DNA of 64,000 bases from Octopus sinensis (Eukaryota): NCBI RefSeq assembly GCF_006345805.1, contig NC_043001.1, forward strand, positions 30,938,001 to 31,002,000. Direction: 5' to 3'. A program made the translations under genes and the position numbers. The notes below the pieces were generated by a model. The model was not told where the DNA came from. It saw only the letters and a list, made by a program, of their open reading frames with translations, and made no database searches. The number at the start of each line of letters is the position of its first letter. Position 1 is the stretch's first letter. Of this stretch, positions 38,201 to 49,281 are shown in pieces.

Positions 38201-41058
38201 CGCCGTTAACGACGCGTTCAGCTTCCAGTAGCCGGGTCCCTGTCTATGTAGCCTATCTAAGTCGACCGTACAGATCACTAATTTGTGGTCCGTATATTCG
38301 ACTAGGTGGAATTGTGGACACCCTACGCTGTCCTTATCCGCTGGCCTACAAAACACTCTATCTAAGTACGATCTAGACGACCCGATGCGGTTTGTCCAAG
38401 TCCACATTGGCACATTCGGGTTGTCTAGTCGAAACCTGTCGGACAGCTGAAAGCGCCGAGTAGGTTGGCGAGGCTCTTGCACCCTCCCCCTCTCCTATCA
38501 GACGCTCCCCTGCCCACCCGATCGAAACGTTCGTCTAAGACAGCGTTCCAATCCCCAACTAGTACTAGAGTGCGTGACGTTCCCAGGAAAACTTCCAGAC
38601 GTTTGAAATAATCCGACTGCCCTGCTCCTGTCGGAGCGTAGGCAGCCAGCAGTCTGAAAGCACCGCCGTCACTACCGTCCACGTCGAGGACCACCAACTT
38701 ACCTTCCGGATCCAAGAAGACTGTCCTTATTTTCAGGTCCAGGCCCTTCCGAAACAACACCGCAGTACCACCACTGCCCGCTCCCGGCCGACACGGAGAT
38801 AGAAATATCTCGTATCCGCCGAAAAGGGCTGCGAGTTCCTGCGGGTCGGAGAGCCTGGTTTCACTGATGGCTGCTACATCCACATCATGAAACCTCAGGT
38901 CGTTTAACAGGTGACCCTGTTTCCAAGGTGACCCGAGGCCTCTCACATTCACGCAACCGATTCTAAGATTTGCCATGTTTCAAAATTAGGGAAAAAAAGA
39001 GGAGAAAAAAGGCTCTACTTACTGTTGTTGGTGGTGGGGGTGGCTCCCTTGTGCTTTTGCACGGGTGCTTCAATAATATTTTTGTAAAGTTCTGAGAGAA
39101 ACTTTTCCCTAACGATCCCACATCGTTAGGGAATATTTGTTTTATTTCGTTGTAAACTGTTTTGTTTATTTTAATTGTGAGAATGTGTGCTGGTGGGTGT
39201 TGTGTGTAGGTATTATGAAATCTGTAATGTTTGTGCTTGTTTTGTTTTCAAATACTCAACCAGTTCCTGGTTTCTTGTATTCACTGCTGTAATCGTGTCT
39301 GTAATTGTGTCTGTGTTTGTTTGTGTCTGTGGTAGTGGCAGTAGTGGTGTCGAAAGTGTTGTTGTTGTTGTTTTTTTTGTTGTGTGTTGTTGTTGTGAGT
39401 TGTTGTTGATGTTGGGAAGTTGTTGTTGTGTTGTAAATCTTTTTGTTTTCCTTCTTTTTTGGAGGTACTATGTTCCATTCTCCTTTGTTGGAATCGGAGC
39501 TCGCACAATCCGAGATCTCTTCATCCGGCAAAGGAATGGTTGAGGGGTCTGCTTCAGTAGCAGGACGAAAAGTTTCTGGTTCCACCGGTATCGGTGGTGC
39601 CGCTGCTCCTGTTACTGTTGATGTCGCTGCTGTCGACCTTCGAGGTACTGGTGTCGGTGTTGGTTTGGTGGTGGTTGTCGGTGTTGGTTTGGTGGTGGTT
39701 GTTGTTGTTGGAGGTGGTGTTGCTCGTCTTGGTGCTGGTGTTGGTGATGGTGTTGGTGGTGTGGCAGCCTTTGGTGTTTCTTGCTGTTTTTGTTGTTTCT
39801 GTTGTTGTTGCTTGTGTTGTTGTTGTTGTTGCTGCTGCCTCTTGCTGAAAGCCTCCATCCTCTTTTTGTGAATGGGACAGTCCCTCTTTAAGTGGCTTTC
39901 GCTGCTGCAGAGAAAACATTTTGGCTTTCGCCCCTCCACAGCAACGTTTAGCCTGGTGCCGTCCGGCAAACTTACGAAATCAGGGATTTTACTTATATTT
40001 CTTGCTGAATTTGCGCAAGAAGCAGCACTCCCATCCCCAACCAGTTTTTCGCCCTCACTCTCCTGACATCTAGAATGGTGGTAGTGTCCTCTATATCATA
40101 GAGGACAGCTGCCACCAGCCATGACATATTTAGCTCAGGGGGACGAGGTCGATTTTTATTTTTGTCACTCTTCGCCCGAGGTGGGTTGGAATTAGTAACA
40201 AATTCTCAGTTTGCAAGGGCGAAATGGCGTTCGCCCTTGCCAGCTCCTCTGTTGGGAAGCGAACCTCCACGGTTCCAAAACGCTTCCCTTGGTTACGTAG
40301 CTCTTTTGGGCCCAAATGGGCTTTAGAGCTATTTCCAACTGTTGGGGTGTGGCATTTGTTATTCTTTTTAGTTTTCTGTCGAAAACTTTGTAAATTATTG
40401 TTTGCTTGTTGGTGCTTTCAATCACCTCTTGTGGAGTATTGAGGAAGATACCATTGCCATCCTTCCTTAACAATTCCTTCGCTCTTTTCACATCTTCTAG
40501 AGTTATCTTAACTTCCTCCGAAATTTGCTTCGCAGCAGAAGCAAAATTGTTGGAAGTTTTTCTTTTATCTCCTTGTCAATGTTTGTGATGATTTTTGTAT
40601 TTGTTTTTTTTTCCTCCTCCTTCCGTACCAAAGCATTAGGTGAAGGCAGAGGGGGAAATCGAGAATTACGTCGAACGTGACGTCCTGGCTTGCATTCTCC
40701 TTTTGAACGGAGCTCGTGCTCTGCGGTTCGGAAGGAGAATCTTTGTTGCCTTTTAAGGCGTGAAGTGGGTGTTTTGTACGAGTGTGTGTGTGTTTGCGGA
40801 GGGAGTGTATCTTGAAGGAAGGAACAGCCAACTGTTCGCTTCATAGCCATGTTTTTTTTGTGTAAATATTCAAAATGTTGAAAAATGTCAAATGTTCAAA
40901 ATTTTCAAACGTAATTTCACCCCGAATGGGGCAAAATTTCGCCCAACCGACGAGCTCTGCAAGAAGCCGGTCGGTTTGGCTACAAAAATATTAAAAAATA
41001 TTCAAACCTAACAATAGATTTCCAATGAAATTGGTGTCAAATTCACGGAGCTGATTCA
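35267..41058 (-). mobile_element. Full-length Tx1/L1-clade non-LTR retrotransposon (ORF1 from 40850 with CCHC knuckle; ORF2 38976-35543 with APE, RT and C-terminal Zn finger), frameshifted
   Basis: ORF1 CFLCSSESHLKRDCP; APE GCVNVRGL, AISET, GDWN, YLDR, TDH; RT SKAFDRVDH, RQGCPLS, YADD (36898-36909); CPRC...ETVLHALVQCP; AATAAA at the 3' end; candidate TSD CAATT 35262-35266 / 41059-41063. Confidence 0.93.
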
Positions 41059-41063
41059 CAATT

Positions 41064-41690
41064 GTGTACAGTGCTCAGGTGCACTACAACTCATCTAAAG
41101 TGTATATATAATCAGGTGAAGTTTCGGCGGATTTCGGAAAGCATGAGGGCCTTAAAAGATGCAGTGTCATGGCAGTCAACAACTGACGCAGGCAGTTTAT
41201 TCCATGCTTCAGCAACTCTGAGCGTGAAAAAATGTTCCGAAAGTCATGGGAGCTGTATTGTTTTCTGACTTTGTAGGCATGTCCACGTGTGTTAGACACA
41301 TGGAGATCAAAAAGGTGTTCAGTGTTGTTGTTGGTGAGGTGGTTGATAACTTTGTGGGTGTTTACCAAGTCCGTCGCCAAACGCCGGAGCTTCAGTGAAT
41401 CCATGCCCAGGGAAACAAGGCGCTCAGAATATGGTAGGTGGTCTGATGGAGGGTATGCGTTGGTTGCACGTCTCTGGACAGATTCCAGGAGGTCAATGTT
41501 CTGTGCAAGATAGGGGTTCCAAACTGATGATGCGAATTCCAAGTGTGGTCGTACCATAGCTGTATACAGTTTTAAATAGATGGCTGGAGAGCGGCTAACA
41601 AAAGACCTGCTGAGTGATGCCAAGACACCCTCGGCCTTCCTGACAATCTTAGAGATATGCTTTGACCAACGCAAATCACTGCTGACAGTG
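41064..41690 (-). mobile_element. 5'-truncated CR1-clade LINE 3' end; its (ATT)n tail lies at 35238-35261 on the far side of the Tx1 insertion
   Basis: LYTAMVRPHLEFASSVWNP...LESVQRRAT...YSERL..LG..SL..RR...DL...HK...TRGH is typical CR1 RT C-terminus; 3' end GTGCACCTGAGCACTGTA is shared with the copy at 29663-29923. Confidence 0.85.
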
Positions 41691-41921
41691 AACTATGGAC
41701 AACTGCTTTAAAACCTCTAGCTTTTATATCCTGACTACAAATTTACATTTATACTAATAATAATTGGAGCACTTGGTTTTGTAAGTAAATGCCTAACTGT
41801 CAGTCTGAATAAGCTTAGATTTTCAGAAAAAGAAATCAACCAACTGATTCGAACATTGCAAATACAATCTATAAGTGGGACAGTAAAACTAGGCAAGACG
41901 TTTCTCGGGTTTAAAATGTGA
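41691..41921 (+). mobile_element. R4/Dong-like LINE, right part (C-terminus of RLE domain)
   Basis: NYGQLL*NL*LLYPDYKFTFILIIIGALG...LQIQSISGTVKLGKTFLGFKM* directly continues the ...KQRED fragment ending at 35237. Confidence 0.8.
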
Positions 41922-42835
41922 CATTGTTGACATTCCAAATGCAGTAAATTGCAAAATGCAGTGAATTGCAGTAAACAGTTTAAACCAAGATAAAAGCTTA
42001 GGTTATTGACTGGAAGGTGACATTTGAGCCAGCAAAACTCAAAGTGATAAGAAATATATATAGGTGCAGGTGTGGTTGTGTAGTTAGGCGTTTGCTCCCA
42101 AGCCCCATGGTTTCAGGTTCAGTCCCATCGTGTAGCACTTTGGGCGAGTTTCTTCCACTATAGCCAAAGCTGACCAAAACTTTGTGAGTGGTTTTGGTAG
42201 AAGGAAACAGAAAGAAGCCTATGGTACATGTGTCTGTGTATATACATACAAAATGAGCTTCTTTCAGTTTCTGTCTACCAAATCCACTCACAAGGTATTG
42301 GTCAGCCCGGGGCTATAATAGAAGATACTTGCCCAAGGTGCTAAGCAGTGGGGTTGAACCTGAGATGTGGTTGGGAAGCAAAGATCATACCACATGGCCA
42401 TGCCTGCAAGAAACAAAAGAATGAAAAATAACTAATTAGTAATATTTATTAACCAATTATTATAGAGGAATTTTCAATGATTATGTATCTGTAAACTGCG
42501 TATAAACATAGATGTTGGATAGATATGATATAAATACAAATAAATTAATCTCCCAGGTGAGTTGATACATAATCTCTACTGTATTCTTTAAGCAACAACA
42601 TTTACATTCAATACCTAGACATCTCAAACAAAGAATTAAAATGGACTTTCTTCTAGTTGGTTTGCTATATTTATCATTGCAATCTTTAACTTTCTTTCAG
42701 GTTTGCCTTTCAATTTTAACAATTTGGTGCATTTTCTATTTTGGATATTTGGCAATTCAGTTAATTAATTATAAAAATATTTATAAATGTTTATTGCTTT
42801 CCTTAACCAATTTTCTCCTCATTCAAATGTTTCAG

Positions 42836-42961
42836 GTTCAAAGTATAAACCTCAGTCTCCTGTTGTTAATACTATGAGCAGTATACCATCTGTGATTTCT
42901 TCAGGAACTCATCCGAAATTATCTATTAACAGTCAAACAAAAGCTAATACTAGACGTAAAG
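42836..42961 (+). CDS. FOXM1: FoxM1-like coding exon (GSKYKPQSPVV...ANTRRK)
   Basis: tttcag acceptor, G|GTCAGT donor, phase 1/1, open frame. Confidence 0.8.
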
Positions 42962-43075
42962 GTCAGTGCGAATATTGAATTTTGTCTTTTATTTTAGGTT
43001 TTTATTTTTTTTGTTTATTTTCGTTTTTGGATTTGGTTTGCAAGATTCTTTATATGAGTTCGTGTGTTGAAGCAT

Positions 43076-43360
43076 ATTATGTTGTGCATGGGGAGAGTCA
43101 TTTTCTTTTTGTGCCTTATAATGTAACACACTCACCGGTAAAATTTCCACTTATTTCTTATTTTTATTTTCCTAAAATTTTCGTTGCGTCTTGCAACCTT
43201 TTCAATAGTCTTGACTATTGAAAATTTTAGGAAAATAAAATTTACAAAATTTACGAAAATTTTAGGAAAATAAAAATAAGAAATAAATGGAAATTTTACG
43301 GTGAATGTGTTAAATTATAAGGCACAAAAAGAAAATGACTTTCCCCAGACACAACAGAAT
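43076..43360. mobile_element. Palindromic element with hammerhead-like motif (second Penelope-like family or MITE)
   Basis: Arms GGGAGAGTCATTTTCTTTTTGTGCCTTATAAT... / ...ATTATAAGGCACAAAAAGAAAATGACTTTCCC; centre CAATAGTC-TT-GACTATTG. Confidence 0.65.
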
Positions 43361-43742
43361 TTATTTTCTTAATTTTGAATCATCTTCATCATCATCATCA
43401 TTTAACATCTGTTTTTCATGCTCCACAACCTTTTTTTTTTACTTGTGGTACACTTATATTCTTTTCAAAATTTGATGGCACACCTGAGTTAAAAATATAG
43501 CTAAAAGTATAAGGAAAAAAGTTATATTCAGGTAAAACTGCGGCACACTTAGCATCGTCATGTGCTGTGAAAAATTGGTTGTGGAACACTGGGACTGGTG
43601 AGCTGGAGAGCTGCACCAGGCTCTGGTCATCTGTTTTGGTTTGGTTTCTATGGCTGGATGCCCTTTTTAATGCCAACCACTTTACTGAGTGTACTGGGTG
43701 CCTTTTACAAGTCACCGGCACAGATGGCATGGTAATTAATAA

Positions 43743-44126
43743 TCTCTCTATATATATAAAGCTGAAGTTGTCTGTGTATGGCAGGTTTGGTAGCCTTCAA
43801 CTAACACTATCTCCTCCGAGACCCTGCGGCGCAAGTTGACCAAAATTGAGAGTATGATAGAAGAAGGCTCGCTCTTCCTTCCATAGAATATCGGATCATG
43901 TTAACACCAAAAATTATTTACATCAAAAAGGTGCTTTTTTTCTATGAAAATCCCTATTTTTTAATGATTTTTTTATTGCTGTGTCGCCATTTTTCTGTGT
44001 ATTTCAACCAGAAAAATGTTCACTGAAAGAGAATAACAAGCTACATAATGCAAAATTTTTACTTTTCAAAAATTCCAATTCTAAAGGGTCAAAACAAACC
44101 CAAGCAATGCCGGGCTATACTGCTAG
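43743..44126 (+). mobile_element. Non-autonomous Helitron
   Basis: 5' TCTCTCTATATATATAAAG, subterminal CCC-AAGCAATGC-CGGG hairpin remnant, 3' CTAG, inserted between A and T with no TSD. Confidence 0.7.
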
Positions 44127-44840
44127 TAATATGATAATTTGATACAAGTCACTGTACTCTTCCCCAATAAACATCAGTTAAAATAAATTAATTGCAAAAC
44201 TAATCATATAGCAAAAAATAAATTTATGAATTTATAGTGATCTAGGACTGTTACCCAATTTATATTGTTTTTTTTTTCTTTTTTGAAATTATTTCTTTTA
44301 CATTTTTGAGATTGGTTTTAATATGATAACTTCCCTTTTATTCTTCAAACATTCAAGCCAAAATAATTCAATGTCAACTAATTAGTTTCTTACTTTGATT
44401 ATTATTTCTTCCAAGCAGTGTTAGGCTATATTTTAGGTGCAGACATGGCTCGGCACCAGTATTTTCTTGTTCTTAGGCCTAGTACATATTCTAGTGGCTA
44501 CTTTTGCCAAACTGCTAAGTTATGGGAACGTAAACAAACCAACACACACACACACACAATGAGTTTCCATCCACCAAATCCATTCCCAATGCTTTGGTTG
44601 GCCTGGGGCTAGAGTAGAGGATACATGTCTAAGGTGCTACACAGTGGAATTGAACCTGGAACCATGTGGTTCAGAAGCAAACTTCTTACCACACAGCCTG
44701 CAGAGAAGAAAAATCTTGTTTTCTTTTACTTCTCAAATGTTTGAAGATGACATTTTCTTGTGAAAATTTCAATTTTTTATTTTTGTTGTTTTGAAAGACT
44801 TTTATTCACACACACACACATATATTTCTCTGTTTTTTAG

Positions 44841-45005
44841 AGCCTCCTTTGATCTTACCTCGCCCTAATGTAGCACCTCAAGCTTATGCCTTAATTCCCA
44901 TACACACCAATAATCTGACACTTCAGAATCCCTCGACTATGTCTACTCCTCTTATTATCCAATTACCAACAATTTCAACTACAAATCCAGTCAAAAACTG
45001 TACAG
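44841..45005 (+). CDS. FOXM1: FoxM1-like coding exon (EPPLILPRPNVAPQAYALIPI...)
   Basis: ttttttag acceptor, G|GTAAGT donor, phase 1/1; RRK|EPPLILPR...YALIPI resembles the FoxM1 RRKMKPLLPR..YLVPI motif, supporting the M subclass. Confidence 0.85.
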
Positions 45006-45987
45006 GTAAGTCTTTAGACAAATTTTCTTTGTCTTTTTCCTTTTCACCATCATCATCATCATTATCATCGTTTAATGTCTGCTTTCCATGCTAGCATGGG
45101 TTGGACGATTTGACTGGGGTCAGGCGAACCAGATGGCTGCACCAGGCTCCAATCTTGATCTGGCAGAGTTTCTACAACTGGATGCCCTACCTAACACCAA
45201 ACACTCCGAGAGCATAGTGGGTGCTTTTACGTGCCACCGGCACGAGAGCCAGTCAGGCAGTACTGGCAACGGCCACGCTCAAATGGTGCTTTTTATGTGC
45301 CACCTGCACCGGAGCCAGTCCAGCGGCACTGGCAATGAACTCACTCGAATGTGCCAGTAAGGCGACGCAGGTAACAATTACGCTCGAATGGCATTTTTTA
45401 CGCGCCACCAGTACGGAGGCCAGCTTGTTGCTCTGGCAATGATCACGCTCGTATGGTACTCTTAGCGCTCCATTAGCACGGGTTATTTATGATTATTATT
45501 ATCTTTATTATTATTAACCTATATATGCCCATAAAAAAATGAAGTCTTAAAATTTCACTGTATTTAGATTAAACGTTATGGTAAGCTTTCACAATCTGAA
45601 TGAGAAGGATAGCTACAGGTGAACTGCTAGCTACAGGTGTCGATTACCTGCTGAACATTTCGTATGCTCAGCCAGATGCTTCCCAGTGAGTTCATGTCCA
45701 AACAAGTAGGAGCAGGTTTGTGTTCTGAAAATGCAACCAGGGGTATACATAGGTTAAGGTGGTCAGCTGGCAGAATCGTTAGCAGGCCAGGCAAAATGCT
45801 TAGCGTTCTGACTTCAAATTCTGCCGGGTTCGACTTTGCCTTTCATCCAATTGTGGTTGTTAAATTAAAGTTGATGTAATTGACTATCCTGCTCTCCACA
45901 CATTCCAGGCCTTGTGCCTATAGTAGAATGGATTATTATTAGAGGGAAAGGGAGAGAATTTATTTTCTTTCAAAGTTATTTGTTTAA

Positions 45988-46776
45988 TTATTTACGTTAT
46001 TTATATTTGACGGATATTTGTCCTCATCTTGTTTGTTGTTAACACAACATTTCGGCTGATATACCCTCCAGCCTTCATCAGGTGTCTTGGGGGAAATTTC
46101 GAACCTGGGTTCTCATTCCCAAGGTATTTTTCGATGTTATTATCATTATTCAGGTCACTGCCTGAAATCAAACTCGGAATGTTGGGCAATTATGGAATGA
46201 ATTTTAGGGCTTATAAATCTAATATTTTCCTATCCTTCTTTACTACCGGTTCCTATATGCTATTCATATCTGCACTCAGTCTGCTTAGGAGGTTGTTGTA
46301 TCCCAGAATATGTGCTGCTTCTTTTAGTTATCATATTTTCCAGTGTTGTTAATAGACAGAGAACACCACTGGAAAATATGAAAACTAAAGGAGCAGCACA
46401 TATGCTAGGACATAGCAACCTCCTAAGCAGACTGAGTGCAGATATGAATAGCATATAAGAACTGGTATTAAGGAGGGATAGGAAAATATTAGATTTATAA
46501 ACCCTAAAATTCACTCCATAATTGCCATCGGACAGATGGTGTAGTGGTTAAGAGCACAGGCTACTAACCCCCGAGTTCGATTCCAGGCAGTGACCTGAAT
46601 AATAATTAATAATAATAAGAAGAACAAGAAGAACAACAACAACATTGAAAAATACCTTAGGAATGAGAATCTAGGTTCGAAATTTCCCCAAGACACCTGA
46701 AGAAGGCTGGAGGGTATATCAGCTGTCAAATGTAAATAATGTACATAATTCCTCATCTCTTAAATATAGAACTGTA
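45988..46776. mobile_element. Palindromic tRNA-head/Penelope-tail element, copy 3, with about 170 bp extra upstream sequence in both arms
   Basis: About 790-bp inverted repeat with loop 46351-46361; TSD TTATTTGTTTAA 45976-45987 / 46777-46788; same 3' end AATATAGAACTGTA. Confidence 0.85.
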
Positions 46777-47929
46777 TTATTTGTTTAAATGCTGCAATCA
46801 GCTGAACAGATTTGCACATTTTTAAATGTTGTTGGTGTATAAATTTTATAGGTGATTAGTCATTAATGTCCTAAATTAATATTATTTTATAAATGAAATA
46901 AAACAAAGTAATTCTGAATGTTGAAGATGTACCATACTGTCTAACCACTCACAATTCCCTCACCATTTTAATTTCTCAGTCATGCATTTTTGAGCTGCTT
47001 TTCATTCTTCTCGTAACAGTCCACTGACTTATGCACTCCTCTGAAGGAGTTTCTTTCTCTCTAACCTAATATTGGTTCCAGACATTGTTACAAGGCCTCA
47101 AAATTGAAGCTAGGGAATAATTGATTATATTCTTTTCTACTCTAGGCATAAGGCCTGAAATTTTTTTTGAGTGGGGGTGGGGAGGGCAGTCGATTAGATC
47201 AACCCCAGTACACAGCTGATACTTAATTTATCGACCCCAAAAGGATGAAAGGCAAAGTTGACTTAGGCAGAATTTGAACTCAGAGTGCAAAGACAGACGA
47301 AATACCTATTTCTTTACTACCCACAAGGGGCTACACACAGAGAGGACAAACATTTCGCCTGGTGCGCTAACGTTTCTGCCAGCTTGCTGCATTTATAATT
47401 ATTTCTATTCTAGGCACAAGACCTTGAAAATTTTTTGGTAGAATGGGGATTGTCAATTACATCGATCCCCTGTGCATAACTGGTACTTAGAAACAATTGA
47501 TTATATTGTCACTGTACGGGACCACACCAGAATGATGATAGGCAAGAATATAAAGGGCCATAACTCAGTATCACTAAACATTTTCTCAGTATCTTTTGTA
47601 ATACGTAATGTTATCCCTTAAAAAATTTCCTTTAACATTTATAATAGGTTTATTCAGATCTATGGTTAAGATTGTGGAGACGCGTGGCTTAGTGGCTAGA
47701 GTATTGAACTCATGATCGTAAGGTTGTGGTTTTGATTCCTGGACCAAGCGATTCGTTGAGTTCTTGAGCAAAACACATTTCACGTTGCTCCAGTCCACTC
47801 AGCTGGCAAAAATGAGTAATCCTTCAACGGACCGGCGTCCCGTACAGGTGGGGAATTTCTACGCCACTGAAACCGGGAAACTGGCCCTTATGAGCCTGTC
47901 ATGGCTCGAGAAGGAACATTTATTATTAT

Positions 47930-48258
47930 TTTCTGAGACCCCCTTCGGCACGACACAGACCATGGGATTGCACCTAGAAAGTTACCCTCCCAGGCACAAG
48001 TCCGGGCAAGGTTGTTTATGGAAGACCAGCAGTGACCCATACATACCAGCCACCCCTCTCCACACCACTGATGTTATTCAAGGAAAAGGCAAAGGCTGAT
48101 ACTGCTTGGCACCTGTGACGTCACAACTCATTTCTACAGCCGAGTGAACTGGAGTGACGTGAAATAAAGGGTCTTGCTCAAGAACACAACATGCAGCCTG
48201 GTCTGGGATTCGAGCTCACAACCTCACGATCTAACCACTGAGCCATGCACCTTCACTA
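47930..48258 (-). mobile_element. Additional tRNA-derived SINE family (minus strand)
   Basis: Reverse strand reads GTGAAGGTGCATGGCTCAGTGGTTAGA...GAGCTCGAATCCCAGACC (A/B boxes). Confidence 0.6.
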
Positions 48259-48427
48259 TTTTTATTTATGGCTAAGATTAATGTGGAAATTAAGATGTGA
48301 ATTTGTTTCAATTTTGCTTTGCATTTAAAAAATTTTTTACAGAAACATATTTTCAAATCTGTTTTGTATTGATTTTATTAATTGGTTGTATATACTGATA
48401 TTTTTTTTTTATTTTCTATATTTGCAG

Positions 48428-49281
48428 GTAATTTAATGTCAAGCACTGAAATTCCAACTTCACAAAGGTATCCTCTTACTTCCACACCAATTTTACCAGC
48501 ATCAAATAATCACCAAATTTCAGTAAAAGATCTTTTATTGTTTGATCAAAATTCTCTCAGCAAATCTCAAAACTTGGCTGAAGAACACCTACAGTCTTTA
48601 CCTCAAGAAACGGCTGAGCAACATAGCAGCAAACGTTTGTGTCTTAAAGCAAATATGAATTTGAACACAACCACAAAGAAATCTTTACTCTCAGATCATC
48701 ATTTTCAGGAGCAGAAACCTCCAGCTAATAAGAAGAATCGGCGTAAACAGAAATTTGTTTTGAAGGAAATGAATCCACTAGACTCCTCCGTTATAGAAGA
48801 TTCATTTTCATTGAACAAGGAACTAAGGCCTAAAGTGGTACAATCTATTTCGAACACCAGTTTAGACATAATGTCTTCTTCTTTACCTCTTACTCAAAAA
48901 CCATCTGTAACCTCAGTGCCAAACATTTGTGACAGTTCTTTAGACAGTGGTTTCCCAGAATTAACTGAGGAAGAGGACCAAACATTTTTATCCAATTTAG
49001 ATTCAAATTCAATTTACTCTCGTAGAAAACCTAATATATTGTCAAGGAAGTCATTGTCACAGAATAACTTTACTACCAAACAAGATGGTCCTGAAAAGTT
49101 ATCATCTATGTTTTCGACAAGCACAAGCAGTAGCATTCTTGAATCTGACTTTGGCAATTTATTTGATATTTCGTCTGCCTCTTGCAATAATCTGGATACC
49201 AACAAAGGTGATTTACATGACCAATTAAAAGTCAGTGATTGTGTTGAAACTATTTCCTGGGATGACTGTCATTTTATGTAG
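48428..49281 (+). CDS. FOXM1: FoxM1-like terminal coding exon (acidic/Ser-rich C-terminus ending ETISWDDCHFM*)
   Basis: tttgcag acceptor, phase 1, open to TAG 49279-49281; C-terminal ISW recalls the vertebrate FoxM1 INWSQF end; total spliced CDS is divisible by 3. Confidence 0.85.

Noticed and set aside
35921-39871. Plus-strand ORFs over the Tx1 element
   Set aside because: Antisense shadows of GC-rich coding sequence and low-complexity tracts.
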